DNA from: Longimicrobiales bacterium
GTDB lineage: Bacteria > Gemmatimonadota > Gemmatimonadetes > Longimicrobiales > Gaopeijiaceae
Assembly: GCA_965116905.1 (NCBI GenBank)
Contig: OZ220732.1
Span: 672,001 to 736,000 of the forward strand
Length of the DNA: 64,000 nucleotides
Direction of reading: 5' to 3'
Under the pieces are notes generated by a model. It made no database searches and was not told where the DNA came from. It was given only the letters and a program-made list of their open reading frames with translations. Shown piece by piece: positions 28,716 through 39,019 of this stretch. Position 1 is the first letter of the stretch. Every line of letters begins with the position of its first letter. The position numbers and the translations under genes are program-made.

Positions 28716-29860
28716 CGCACTGCCCCGTCACAGGTCGACGGATTCACTTCGAACCTCCTGAGGACTGTCGACACCTCGCCGCCGGCTGCGGGTATCTGGT
28801 CCAACACGAGCAGCGTAGACCCCTGCAGCGCCACCCTTGGCAGACCAGTAGAGGCGGTCGGAATCGGCGTGTCGGCGCACTGAACCGTACCGTCGGGGCT
28901 CAAGCTCGACACATGGATCGTTGTCTCCGAGACCTGCGGCCGCGCCGGTGTCCTCTCGACCCGGAGATCGGTGTGGACAACGATGATATTCCCGTCCTCG
29001 TCCCGGGAAAGTGGCCCCAGCACGGAGATCTCGTTGGCGAACAGCAGCGGATCCATGGCTCGGGTCGGGCTCCGTACGTCCTCCTCGGCCGGTGCGCCCC
29101 GGCGCAAACGGGGTTGGAGGTGGAGGGTGTCAAACGGTTCGCCGGAACGGGAAAACAGCAGGTAGGGCGTGCCCGCAAAGCCCACAACCATGTCGGATTC
29201 GCCCACGTCGAGAAACACGGTCGCCAGTGCGCCGAACATGATGGGGTTGGTCTGGTAGGGCGAAGGAGCGGCAATGCGGTCGAGTTGCATGGAGTCTTCG
29301 GATCCGGCCTGTGCCAGAGACGGCAGCTCGGTGGCAAGGACCGTCCCCACAGACATCCAGTTGTCCGGATCCATGCCGGCGATCCACAGGGAATCGCCTA
29401 CCTCGGTCATGGAGGTGATCCTCACGCCTGGCCGCAAGCCGATCGACCCGACGGTCTCACCGGTCCCGTAGTCGAAGACTTCAAGCTCCATGCCGGTCAT
29501 GTCGACAGCGACGACCAACCCCCCCGCCCTCATGGCAGGGGCAATCCCCATGAACTCGCCGGGCCCCTGCCCCGGCCCACCGAACGCGCGCACGAAGCGC
29601 CCGTTGCTGTCGAACTGCAGGATGGCGTTCGCGAAAGCATCCGAAATAAGAAGGGACCCGTCAGGCTCCTGAAGGACGCCGACGGGCGCGCTCACGTAGT
29701 GCTCGGCGTCTTCCTGCAGGATCAGGGTGTCAAGAAGGATCAGCGACGGGCCGGGAAGCTGGCCGAGAGCGGCGGGAGCGGTGAGCAGCGGAAGGATGGC
29801 AAGGTGGACCGCAGTCATGGCAACGCGCAGCACCGTCCGACTCCAATTCGTATTCTCCAC
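28712..29860 (-). CDS. 6-bladed beta-propeller-like secreted protein; start inferred
   Basis: FDSNGRFVRAFGGPGQGPGEF motif; signal peptide. Confidence 0.6.
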   Translation of the reverse strand: MENTNWSRTVLRVAMTAVHLAILPLLTAPAALGQLPGPSLILLDTLILQEDAEHYVSAPVGVLQEPDGSLLISDAFANAILQFDSNGRFVRAFGGPGQGPGEFMGIAPAMRAGGLVVAVDMTGMELEVFDYGTGETVGSIGLRPGVRITSMTEVGDSLWIAGMDPDNWMSVGTVLATELPSLAQAGSEDSMQLDRIAAPSPYQTNPIMFGALATVFLDVGESDMVVGFAGTPYLLFSRSGEPFDTLHLQPRLRRGAPAEEDVRSPTRAMDPLLFANEISVLGPLSRDEDGNIIVVHTDLRVERTPARPQVSETTIHVSSLSPDGTVQCADTPIPTASTGLPRVALQGSTLLVLDQIPAAGGEVSTVLRRFEVNPSTCDGAVR

Positions 29861-29864
29861 AACC

Positions 29865-31025
29865 TCAGATCCCCTCGATTTCGAGTGCCACAATCGACGA
29901 TTCGCCGAGACTGCCGGTGTGGAGCGTCCATACCCTGCGTCCTCTCGCTTCCAGCAATTGCTGGCCGTCCGGAAGACGGATCGAGCCGAGGAAGTGCCCG
30001 GACTGGAGGAACACGTCGTACATGGCTCCGGGTGCGCCGTGCCCGTCGAAGGTACCGGGCGACGGGCGGTCCCGCTGAGCCCAGATCCGTCCGTCCAGGT
30101 CGACGACGATTCGGGAGATGACCGCCGGGTTCCGCGGCTCCCCGAGTGCGCGGAGAGCCTCGCGCCACGCGTCCGGCATCTCTTCCTCCGTACCTTGGCC
30201 GCGTTCGGCAGGCGAGAGCGGGTGGGCCTCGGCGACATGGCAGAACCGAACGAGGCTCGTGCCATCGCGGTCGAAGACCTCCAGTTCGTAAAGTCCGTCC
30301 GGGTTCGAGACGACCCACGTCTCCGTACCGACACCCAGCAGCGGACGCGGCCATGCGGCCAGTGTCGCACCCGCAAACCCTCTGGCGCGGGACGACATGA
30401 CCGTGTCGACAACGGGCTTCTCGGGAGACCAGCGGGCGTACGATCGCTCCTCCCAGCCATCCTCGATGGGGCCGGGGTATTCCAGCCACACGGTGCGGTC
30501 CGGTTGCAGGGCCACGAACCTTACCTGACCGGATATGTAGACCGGTGACAGGAACGCCTGGTCGACCGGAGTGACGCTGGCCGATTGCGACGCAAGGTCC
30601 AGCGTGACCATCCGGAGGGCGCCCAGGTCCAGGACGAGGAGGGTGTTGGCATCTACCCAAGCCAGCGCCGCGGGAGCCCGGACCTCGCGCGGGCCCTCGG
30701 CGCGAGTCATAACCGGTCCCTGCCACTCTCCATCGGGGCCGACCACGATGACTTCGGCCAGGCCCCAGTCCGCAATAGCAACCGATCCGTCGGGACTCAC
30801 GGCCACACCTGCCGGTCGGCGCAGTGCTTCGGCTTCGTTGAGGCCTCCGACACGCCATATCTCACGCCAGGACAGTTCCGCAGGCCAGACTACGACGCTT
30901 GTGTTTGTTACGGCTTGGCCAATGGGATCGGTGATTTCGCAGGGAGCGGGTTCGGGCGAGTCGCAACCGACGATCAAGGCGGTAAGGAGCGACGATAGTG
31001 CCAGTCTTGATTTGAGGGGTGTCAT
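29865..31025 (-). CDS. 6-bladed beta-propeller lipoprotein
   Basis: IVGC lipobox; AVSPDGSVAIAD, EGPREV, VDLDGRIW, YDVFLQSGHFLG. Confidence 0.7.
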   Translation of the reverse strand: MTPLKSRLALSSLLTALIVGCDSPEPAPCEITDPIGQAVTNTSVVVWPAELSWREIWRVGGLNEAEALRRPAGVAVSPDGSVAIADWGLAEVIVVGPDGEWQGPVMTRAEGPREVRAPAALAWVDANTLLVLDLGALRMVTLDLASQSASVTPVDQAFLSPVYISGQVRFVALQPDRTVWLEYPGPIEDGWEERSYARWSPEKPVVDTVMSSRARGFAGATLAAWPRPLLGVGTETWVVSNPDGLYELEVFDRDGTSLVRFCHVAEAHPLSPAERGQGTEEEMPDAWREALRALGEPRNPAVISRIVVDLDGRIWAQRDRPSPGTFDGHGAPGAMYDVFLQSGHFLGSIRLPDGQQLLEARGRRVWTLHTGSLGESSIVALEIEGI

Positions 31026-31114
31026 GATGCTGTCCGGGCGGTCACGTACGGCAAAGGCGACATAGCATCAGATCTGCACTTCCCTGCATTCGCCGGGCCG
31101 GATCCAGGAGGGCG

Positions 31115-31351
31115 CTATTCCGTAGCCGGGACCATCCTCGCTGCCAATGCGTGGAGTTCGTGGTCAAGAACCGTCTCAACTTTCCATCGGTCAACGCTCG
31201 GAAACCACTCGAGGAATTGGTCGATCGACGCACCGGCCTTGAGGTTTTCAAAAAGAGCTGAGACAGGCACCCGCGTTTCCCTGAATACCCACGCACCGCT
31301 CACCCGAAGCGGATGGCGTTCGACCGCCGGGCAGGTTTCCCAGTTCGCCAT
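31115..31351 (-). CDS. DUF433 family protein (orphan antitoxin-like)
   Basis: VSGAWVFRETRVPVSALFENL...FLEWFP; no cognate toxin ORF seen downstream. Confidence 0.85.
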   Translation of the reverse strand: MANWETCPAVERHPLRVSGAWVFRETRVPVSALFENLKAGASIDQFLEWFPSVDRWKVETVLDHELHALAARMVPATE

Positions 31352-31488
31352 GTCGGTCACCTCGTCCTTCCTTCTCGCACCTCAGTGCCGCTCGATCCTT
31401 CCATCCAAACGTAATCAGTGGGTCCCCCGAAGCGATCACAACGACTCTGCCATACCCAAGGCCACCAGACTAGGTCCCCTCGCCCCCC

Positions 31489-33723
31489 CTACCGCCTCAC
31501 CCGCACCACGTCACGAATCCGGTCGCGCACCTCGTCGGCCCGACCCGCCTCCTCCAGCAGGCTCCACAGCCGGTCGATCGTCCGGGAGTCGACATAGCCG
31601 GGCACGGTCGTCTGCCAGTGCTGGTCCGCGCGGAACCGGTCCACGGCGTCCACCGACTCCTGGTCGTAGACGAGCACGCCGGGCGTATCGATGGCCGGAG
31701 ACGCCGACTCGGGGTGGTAGTAGCCGAGCGCGTGGAGCATCACTTTCAGCTGAAACACGTCGCGGCCCACAAACTGCTCGAGCCTGCGGAAGCCGAGGGT
31801 TTCCGACGCCACGCCGTAGATCCGGCGCATTTCGCGGACCGGCTCGGGATGTTCGCAGACGTTGATGTCGGTCGTGACTCCGTCGGGGCGTCTGGACATG
31901 CCGGGCCGCGGATCCGCCACCAGCACCGCCGCGGACTGCGTCTCTCCATGACGGCCGTCGCCGCCCAGACGCTGGCCCGCCTGGAGCGCCTCGATCAGTC
32001 TGTCGGCGAGGTGGCGCCCCGATCCCTCGCTTCTCTCGAAGGCGACTGCCACCGAGTCGACCACCGCCGTGCCGACCAGCGAGTTGCCCTGAACCGCGTA
32101 GTGCAGGCCCGTGCGCTCGGCCACCCAGTCCCCCTGCTCCTCGGCTCCGTACTGCACCGAGCCCGTCCACTGCGCCGATCGCCCGTCCGCGGCGATCACG
32201 CCCACCTGCCTGCGGTCGCGCCCGTCGTCCGCGGCCACGACCTGGTCCATGGCTGCCTGCGGCGCCACCCCCCGTTCCAGGAGATCGAGCAGGTCGTTGC
32301 CGTATTCCACCCGGGTGCCTCCCTGGGTGGCGACGGCGCCGACACCGGCACGGACCCACGGCACCGCGTTGCCCACGCAGGGATTTCGCGTCGTGACCGC
32401 CACGCCGGACTCGCCGGTGGCCGGATCGATCGCCACGATCGAAAACGTGTTGAACAGCGGCTCGATGTCGTTGGGAACGGGCTCCAGCCGCACCACGGCA
32501 GTGAGCTCCTCGATGTGCTCCAGAGCCAGGTAGATGAGCCCGTCCGGCCCCTCGCGGACGTCGCGGATCCGGCCCAGCTCGCCTTCGAGGAGCGTCTCCA
32601 GGCTGACGGCGTCGCGACCCTCGTCCTGACCCTCGCCCTGAGCCTCGCCCTGACCCGCCAGCGTCACGCGCGCGAGCTGCTGGCCAACCAGGCCGCCGAC
32701 GAACGCGTTGCCGCGCCACCAGGGGAAGCGGTCACCGCGGTAGATCATCATGCCCGACACGCCGATCGAAGGCGTCCAGACGAATCGGGGGGACTCCAGG
32801 CCGGAGCGCTGCGTCTCGTTGGTGAACACGGTGCCGTCGTAGTTGATCCCGTGCGAGACCACCGGCCATCCGTAGTTGGCTCCGCCCACGATCAGGTTGA
32901 GCTCGTCTCCGCCGCGGGGGCCATGTTCGTTCGCCCAGACGTCGCCGGTGAGCGGGTCGACCGCCAACCCCTGCATGTTCCGGTGGCCGTAGCTCCAGAT
33001 CTCGGGGAGGGCATCGCCGCGTCCGACGAACGGATTGTCGGAGGGCACGCTCCCGTCGTCGTGAAGCCGCACGATGGTCCCCATGTGATTGCTCAGGTCG
33101 AGCGCCGGGTGATCGGCGAGGGCGTTCGGCGTCACCATCCTGTCCCCCACCGCGACATACAGATAGCCGTCGCGACCAAAGGCCATGCGGCCGGCGAAAT
33201 GGTTGTTGTTGTCACCCCAGGCGTCGGCCACGAAGATCTCTTCCACCTCCGTCACCCGGTCCCCCTCCCAGCGTCCCCGAACCACCGCGGTGGCCCCCTC
33301 CGACCCGTCGTGGTTGGGCTTGCCGTAGCTCAGGTACAGCCAGCGATTCTGCGCGAAGTCGGGGTGCGGGAGCACGTCCATGAAGCCCCCCTGGCCCTCG
33401 TCGCGATAGACCGCAGGCAGGCCCGCCACCGGGTCGGCCTGAAGGACGCCGTCGCGCAGCACCCGAAGTCTCCCCGGACGTTCGACGATCAGCATATCGC
33501 CGCTGAGCAGCCACGCCATCGACCAGGGATGGTCCAGCCCGTCCGCGATGGTCGTCACGCGGAAGTCGTGGCGCGCCGACGAGTACACCGGGGTGGTGGA
33601 GTCGGGGGCGGTGGAGTCGTCGCCGGCAGCCTGCTCCGACGCTGGTGCGGGCGCGCAGGCGCAGGCCAGGGCGGTGAGCAGGAGCGCCGTGACGGGGCAG
33701 GTGGCCGTTCTCATCGTGGGCAA
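31489..33723 (-). CDS. PQQ-dependent sugar dehydrogenase (GSDH) fused to a DUF1028 (Ntn-hydrolase-like) domain
   Basis: GLDHPWSMAWL, EIWSYGHRNMQG, EHGPRGGDELN, GRIRDV; then TFSIVAIDPATGESGVAV, GVGAVATQ, VQGNSL, QSAAVLV. Confidence 0.85.
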   Translation of the reverse strand: MPTMRTATCPVTALLLTALACACAPAPASEQAAGDDSTAPDSTTPVYSSARHDFRVTTIADGLDHPWSMAWLLSGDMLIVERPGRLRVLRDGVLQADPVAGLPAVYRDEGQGGFMDVLPHPDFAQNRWLYLSYGKPNHDGSEGATAVVRGRWEGDRVTEVEEIFVADAWGDNNNHFAGRMAFGRDGYLYVAVGDRMVTPNALADHPALDLSNHMGTIVRLHDDGSVPSDNPFVGRGDALPEIWSYGHRNMQGLAVDPLTGDVWANEHGPRGGDELNLIVGGANYGWPVVSHGINYDGTVFTNETQRSGLESPRFVWTPSIGVSGMMIYRGDRFPWWRGNAFVGGLVGQQLARVTLAGQGEAQGEGQDEGRDAVSLETLLEGELGRIRDVREGPDGLIYLALEHIEELTAVVRLEPVPNDIEPLFNTFSIVAIDPATGESGVAVTTRNPCVGNAVPWVRAGVGAVATQGGTRVEYGNDLLDLLERGVAPQAAMDQVVAADDGRDRRQVGVIAADGRSAQWTGSVQYGAEEQGDWVAERTGLHYAVQGNSLVGTAVVDSVAVAFERSEGSGRHLADRLIEALQAGQRLGGDGRHGETQSAAVLVADPRPGMSRRPDGVTTDINVCEHPEPVREMRRIYGVASETLGFRRLEQFVGRDVFQLKVMLHALGYYHPESASPAIDTPGVLVYDQESVDAVDRFRADQHWQTTVPGYVDSRTIDRLWSLLEEAGRADEVRDRIRDVVRVRR

Positions 33724-33734
33724 ATCATAGGACT

Positions 33735-34079
33735 ACTTGAACACGCGCGCCAAGCGGATCCGACTCGATCACCACGTTGTCGACGTCGCTGAGTTCCAGC
33801 CGCCTGATCAGTTCGTTGGCCACGTCGTCGTATGTGGTGATGATGACGTGTCCGTTCAGATCCGCGCCCACCTGTGTGCTGGCTTTGCGTCCAGTAGACG
33901 CCGGCCCACCAGTCGTGTTGCTGTCCCTCGCGAGCCATCTGCACCTGAAAAGCCAACTAGAACAGGACGACGAAGGCGGTGAGCACGACCCCGAACTTCA
34001 ATAGCGTCAGGGTCTTCAGTTCGGAATTGTGCCGATGGTTACCGACGAAGTTGGCGATTGCCCCGAAGGGTCCTCTCAT
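33735..34079 (-). pseudogene. Remnant of a TrkA-domain potassium channel gene
   Basis: MRGPF...LLKFGVVLTAFVVLF*LAFQVQMAREGQQHDWWAGVYWT (in-frame TAG near 33957), then out-of-frame GHVIITTYDDVANELIRRL...VVIESDP; pore segment missing. Confidence 0.55.
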
Positions 34080-34196
34080 TCCGGCACACCCGTCATCGTG
34101 ACGTGGTTTCGGTCGCGGCGACGTTGCACTGGAAGATAATTGCGTGGCAGCAAGGTGCCCGGTGCACTCTCACGGCCCCGTTTGCCGTCGACAGCT

Positions 34197-34400
34197 TCAG
34201 CCGACCCGCCGGACGGTCAGGAGCTCCGCCGACGCGAGGATCGTCCCGCTATCGAGTGCCTCCAAGAAAGCCAGTCCCGGCTTGGAGGCGTTGAACAGCA
34301 GTGCGCTGACGATAACGTTGGTGTCGAAGACATACCGCGTCACCGCTCGTCAAGAAGCGATTCCAGAATGTCCGGAGTCACGCCTCGCTGTCGGCGGGCA
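34197..34400 (-). pseudogene. Remnant TA pair: antitoxin C-terminus plus truncated PIN toxin
   Basis: ...RQRGVTPDILESLLDER* overlapping GTG 34343 VTRYVFDTNVIVSALLF..., which stops after 48 aa. Confidence 0.6.
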
Positions 34401-35891
34401 GCCAGCACACTCGGTAGAATCCGGATGAGTTGGTCTTCTCCTCCCAACGGACCCGCTGGTCTTCGAAGGCGAAGGTGCCCGGATCCCGGACCTGAGCGAA
34501 GAGCGCGGCCTCGTGTGCTTTTGCCAGCAGGTGCAGCGTCGCGTCCTCGACCGGATTGCCGTCTTCGTCAGTCACCCTCCCGGTCAGGATGCCCGTCCGC
34601 CATACTGCCCTGCCGTCAGCTGCAATCAGCGGGACGCCGGGTGGGCCGTCCGATCCACAGACATCGTCCAGGATCTCACTCATCGAGGGCGCTTCGAACG
34701 TGACCTCGACCGGACTCGTGACCTCCGGCTGCAGTGCCACTTCAATGGGCTCCGGCGCATACCGCAGCTGCTCAAGATCCGGGTGCGTGAAACGCAACTC
34801 GTAGGTCGCAACGCCCAGGTGGTCGAGTTCAAATCGACCATCCGCGTCCGTCACCGTCCGGGTACCCGATCCCTCCACGTACACAAGCGCACCGGGAAGT
34901 CCGACCCCCAGCGAATCGACGACCGTGCCCGCGACTCGGCGTCCCCTCTCGCCCTCGAATACCACACCCTCATCACCATGGACACGAAGAACCTCCCCGT
35001 GCGTCGTGGTGACGCCTTCCAGCGTGGCCGCCAGGCGGCCCGTGAGCGGGTTCTCCCTGGCGCCGGCGCTGAACATCCGGATATGCCAGGAAGTCACGAT
35101 CCAGGTCCCGTTCGGAAGGCCGTGGAAGACCACCGCGCCGCCGGGCGAGGCGTCCATCAGCCACTGCGGCACAGGGAGATTGACGTAGCGGAAGTCGACC
35201 CGCTGAAGCTCCGCCGTCGCCGCATCGAGCCACAGCGTGCCTGCGATGTCCGGCACATCGCGGTCCGGAACCGGTTCGAAGTCCAGCCCGACAAGCGTGC
35301 GACGTAAGGAGCGGGAACCAGGCTCTGTCTGTACACGCGGTCCTCGACCTCGACCCTTCGTCCCCGTTCGTCGAGCAGCCGGTTGATTCCCAGCATCTCG
35401 TACCGGTAGAGGCCCCGCTCCTGCGTCCAGGCCGCGGCCGCAAGCGCCTTGCGTGCCTCGTTCCAGACCCTGGCGACCGCCATCCCCTCTTCGGGACGCA
35501 CCTCGCAACGCGGGCCGACCGCGGCCGTGATCCCCTCGAGCGTCACCGCCTCGACGGGCGCGGATACTTCAACCGTGAACGTTTCTCCAGCAGAGATTCC
35601 GAAGAAGGCCGAGAACGTGGTCGCGTACCCGATCCGCTCCGCACGTACGCGGTACTCTCCGGGGCCGGGCGCGCGCAGCTCGAACAGGCCGGTGGACGTG
35701 TTGGTCAGGGTCCGCTCGACCGGGTTGCCGTCACGATCCATCAGGGTCATCATCGCACCGCCAATGGCAGCATCGCCCGCAGCGTCGGCGAGCCTGCCAC
35801 GGACGACCTGCGCGTGGATGACGGATGCCGCAGCGGCCTGTAGAGCGACAAAGGCGGTCAGGACGCCGGCCCGTTTTCTGGCTGCTCGCAT
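34378..35891 (-). pseudogene. Multi-domain carboxypeptidase-regulatory-like protein, frameshifted near 35300 and truncated
   Basis: N-terminal half (VVRGRLADA..PGEYRVRAERIGY) and C-terminal half (GTLWLDAATAEL, VAGTVVDS) are in different frames. Confidence 0.6.
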
Positions 35892-35897
35892 CGTCCG

Positions 35898-37331
35898 TCA
35901 ATACCTCCCCAGCCGCTCCCGGTAAGACAGCACCTCGCGTCTCAACACCGGTGCGAGCAGGTACAGTCCCAGGAGGTTCGGGATCGCGACCACGTAGATC
36001 ATGGCGTCGGAGAGATCGATCAGCGCCCCGAGATTGATGCTTGCGCCCAACACCACGAAGCCGCAGAAGAAGAGCTTGAACCCGGTCTCGACCGAGCGCC
36101 GCTGGCCGGTCAGGTAGGTGAGGGCCTTGAGGCCGTAGTAGCTCCACGAGATCATGGTCGAGAAGGCAAACATCACGGCGGCGACCGACAGCGGCACCGG
36201 TGACCAGGACAGCGTGCTCTCGAACGCCGTCTTGGTCATTTCAATGCCGGTGATGCCGGCGTCGGCGAGCGCGGGATCGTAGATCGTCGTGATGATGACC
36301 AGGGCCGTCATGGTGCAGATGACCACCGTGTCGATGAACGGCTCGAGAAGGCTGACGAAGCCCTCCGTGCAGGGCTCGTCGGTCCGCACCGCCGAGTGGG
36401 CAATGGCCGCGGAGCCGAGGCCGGCTTCGTTGGAGAAGACCGCGCGCCGGAATCCGACGATCATGACGCCGATCATTCCTCCGCCCACGCTCTCCGCCGA
36501 GAACGCGCCCTGCCAGATCTGGACGATCGCGGCCGGCAGCCGGTCGGCGTTGATGCCGATGATCGCCAGGGCCGACAGCACGTAGAGCACCGCCATGAAC
36601 GGAACCAGCCTGGAGGTGACACGGGCGATGCTCCTGATCCCGCCGACGACGACCATCGCGACGGCCACGGCCATGAAGACGCCGAGCAGCCACGCCTTGT
36701 CGCTGAAGAAGCTGTCCGCGGCTCCCGTCACCTCGATGAGGATGGCGGCGGCCTGGTTGGACTGGAACATGTTGCCGATTCCGAGACAGCCGAACACCAT
36801 CGCGGCGGCGTAGAACATCCCCAGGCCGCGGCCGACACGGGGCAGGTTCCGCAGCTCCAGGCCGCGCTGCAGGTAGTACATGGGACCGCCGCTGACCGAG
36901 TCGTCCTTGTGGGTGCGGCGGTACTTCACGGCCAGCGTGCACTCGGCGAACTTGGTGCTCATCCCGAGCAGCCCGGCGATGATCAGCCAGAGGGTGGCTC
37001 CGGGTCCGCCCAGGGAGATCGCCACGGCCACGCCCGCGATGTTTCCGATGCCGACCGTGCCCGACACGGCGGTCGCGAGCGCCTGGAAGGGCGTGACTTC
37101 GCCCGGCTGCGAAGGATCGGTGTAGCGTCCCCTGACCAGGTCCAGCGCGTGCTTGAAGCCGCGCACGTTGATGAAGCGCAGGTAGAGCGTGAAGAAGACG
37201 CCGCCGGCGATCAGCCACGCCACGATGAGCGGCACCTGGGCACCCGCGACCGGCACGGCGTAGAAGATGAAGCCGGCGACGGCGTCGGTGACCGGCTGCA
37301 TCAGCTGGTTGATCCGTTCGTCGAATCCCAT
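35898..37331 (-). CDS. Alanine/glycine:cation symporter (AGCS)
   Basis: GTVGIGNIAGVA, GGPGA, SGGPMYY, FSNEAGLGSA, EPFIDT. Confidence 0.92.
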   Translation of the reverse strand: MGFDERINQLMQPVTDAVAGFIFYAVPVAGAQVPLIVAWLIAGGVFFTLYLRFINVRGFKHALDLVRGRYTDPSQPGEVTPFQALATAVSGTVGIGNIAGVAVAISLGGPGATLWLIIAGLLGMSTKFAECTLAVKYRRTHKDDSVSGGPMYYLQRGLELRNLPRVGRGLGMFYAAAMVFGCLGIGNMFQSNQAAAILIEVTGAADSFFSDKAWLLGVFMAVAVAMVVVGGIRSIARVTSRLVPFMAVLYVLSALAIIGINADRLPAAIVQIWQGAFSAESVGGGMIGVMIVGFRRAVFSNEAGLGSAAIAHSAVRTDEPCTEGFVSLLEPFIDTVVICTMTALVIITTIYDPALADAGITGIEMTKTAFESTLSWSPVPLSVAAVMFAFSTMISWSYYGLKALTYLTGQRRSVETGFKLFFCGFVVLGASINLGALIDLSDAMIYVVAIPNLLGLYLLAPVLRREVLSYRERLGRY

Positions 37332-37346
37332 CCCCGTTCCCCGTGC

Positions 37347-38741
37347 TCAGAGACCCCGGCAGCCGTGCTCGATGCCGGCCTTCACCGCGTCCACCAGCTC
37401 GTCGATGTCCGTCTTCGTGACGATCAGCGGCGGGGCCAGGTTGATCGTGTTGTTCAGTCCCGGGACGCTTCGCGTGGTCCTGCCCACCAGAACGCCCTCG
37501 TCGGCGGCCCTGTTTACGACCGCGGCCATCACGTCCTCGCTCACCGGAGTCTTCGAGGCCCTGTCCTGCACCAGCTCGACGCCGGCCAGCAGGCCCTTCC
37601 CCCTCACGTCGCCGACGTTCCGGTGGTCGGACAGCTCGCGCAGGCGGTCCAGCAGGTACGCCCCCATCACACGGCTGTTCTCGATCAGGTCCTCCTCTTC
37701 GATAATGCGCAGGTTCTCGAGCGCCGCCGCAAAGCCCGCCGTGCATCCGCCGTAGGTGCTGATGTCCCGGAAGTAGCCGTACCTGTCGCTCGGGTCCTCC
37801 AGAAAGGCGTCGAAGATGTCGCCGCGCGCGGCAACCGCCGAGATCGGCGCGTAGGAGCTGGCTAACCCCTTAGCCATCGTGACAATATCCGGCACGAAGT
37901 CGTAGTGCTGATACCCGAACATGGTCCCGGTCCGCCCGAAGCCGCATACGACTTCGTCGATGATCAGAACGACGCCGTACCTGTCGCAGATGTCGCGGAT
38001 GATTCCGTAGTATTCCGCGACCGGAGGGATGATGCCGCCACCCGCGGTGATTGGTTCGAGAATGACGCCGCCCACCGTGTCCGGTCCCTCGGCCTCGATG
38101 GCGTCCCCCAGCGCGTGCGCACACTCCACGTCGCAGTCCGGATAGGTCTTGCCGAACGGGCAGCGATAACACATCGCGTGGGGGATCGCCGCGAACCCGT
38201 CGGGGAACGGCCCGTACGCCTCCTTGCGCTCCTCCTGTCCGCTGGCGGCCAGGCAGCCGATGGTGGTCCCGTGATAGTCGCGGTCGCGGTAGAGAACCTT
38301 GTACTTCCCGGTTCCGCTCTGGTGGGCAATCTGGCGCACCATCTTGATCGCCTTCTCGTTGGCCTCGGAGCCGCTGTTGGCGAAGTAGAGGCGGTCGAGC
38401 TCGGGCAGCCACTGCGCCAGCGCGCTCGCGTATTGGGCCGCCGGCACGGTGCCGACGACGCCCGCGTAGTAGGGCAGGCGCCGGAGCTGCTCGTACACCG
38501 CCTTCGCGATGCTCTCGCGCCCGTAGCCGACGTTGACGCACCAGACGCCGCCCGACGTGCCGTCGAGGTACTCGTTTCCGTGGACGTCCCTTACGCGAAC
38601 GCCCTCTCCTTCCACAAAGACCTGCGGGTCCCGGGTCTCGAGGACGCTGTGCTGAAACAGATGATGCCAGAGGTGCTTCCTGTCCTTCGCGATGATGTCG
38701 CGGGCATCCTGGTCGGACAGCAGCGTGCGGGTGTCGGACAT
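37347..38741 (-). CDS. Class III PLP aminotransferase, taurine-pyruvate aminotransferase-like
   Basis: YLDGTSGGVWCVNVGYGR, SGSEANE, DEVVCGFGRTG, MAKG, YFRDISTYGGC. Confidence 0.8.
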   Translation of the reverse strand: MSDTRTLLSDQDARDIIAKDRKHLWHHLFQHSVLETRDPQVFVEGEGVRVRDVHGNEYLDGTSGGVWCVNVGYGRESIAKAVYEQLRRLPYYAGVVGTVPAAQYASALAQWLPELDRLYFANSGSEANEKAIKMVRQIAHQSGTGKYKVLYRDRDYHGTTIGCLAASGQEERKEAYGPFPDGFAAIPHAMCYRCPFGKTYPDCDVECAHALGDAIEAEGPDTVGGVILEPITAGGGIIPPVAEYYGIIRDICDRYGVVLIIDEVVCGFGRTGTMFGYQHYDFVPDIVTMAKGLASSYAPISAVAARGDIFDAFLEDPSDRYGYFRDISTYGGCTAGFAAALENLRIIEEEDLIENSRVMGAYLLDRLRELSDHRNVGDVRGKGLLAGVELVQDRASKTPVSEDVMAAVVNRAADEGVLVGRTTRSVPGLNNTINLAPPLIVTKTDIDELVDAVKAGIEHGCRGL

Positions 38742-38880
38742 GGGGTTCTGCGGGCTGGAAGAGGCTGGGAGAGGGAAGGGGCCTTGAATATAGGCAGGCC
38801 GGCGCCGGGTCCCGGAGCGCGGGGTTCGGGGGCGGCTTCTGGTGCGAGAGGTCAGGGGCCGAACCTGCCGCTGGTTACTC

Positions 38881-38941
38881 GCCGTTTCTGCCGTTGTAAT
38901 GATGCCGTTTCTGCCGTTGGCGTCACGCCATTTCTGCCGTT
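38881..38941 (+). repeat. Three 15-bp direct repeats with a 23-bp period
   Basis: GCCGTTTCTGCCGTT at 38881 and 38904; GCCATTTCTGCCGTT at 38927. Confidence 0.8.
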
Positions 38942-39019
38942 AGCCCCTTCCGGATGTCGTCTTTGACTGCTAGTATCGTTCCACATCGACCATCCGAACA
39001 AGCCTGTGCAGGTGCCCGC

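Noticed and set aside
21000..31500. Integron cassette array explaining alternating TA and propeller genes
   Set aside because: No attC-like repeats recognised, mixed gene orientations and no integrase
287..37865. Numerous long overlapping ORFs (e.g. 287-2044 -, 8861-10876 +, 17836-20325 +, 31618-33792 +)
   Set aside because: Alternative-frame or antisense shadows typical of high-GC DNA, overlapping well-supported genes
38881..38941. Mini CRISPR array
   Set aside because: Repeats (15 bp) and spacers (8 bp) are far too short, and there are no cas genes
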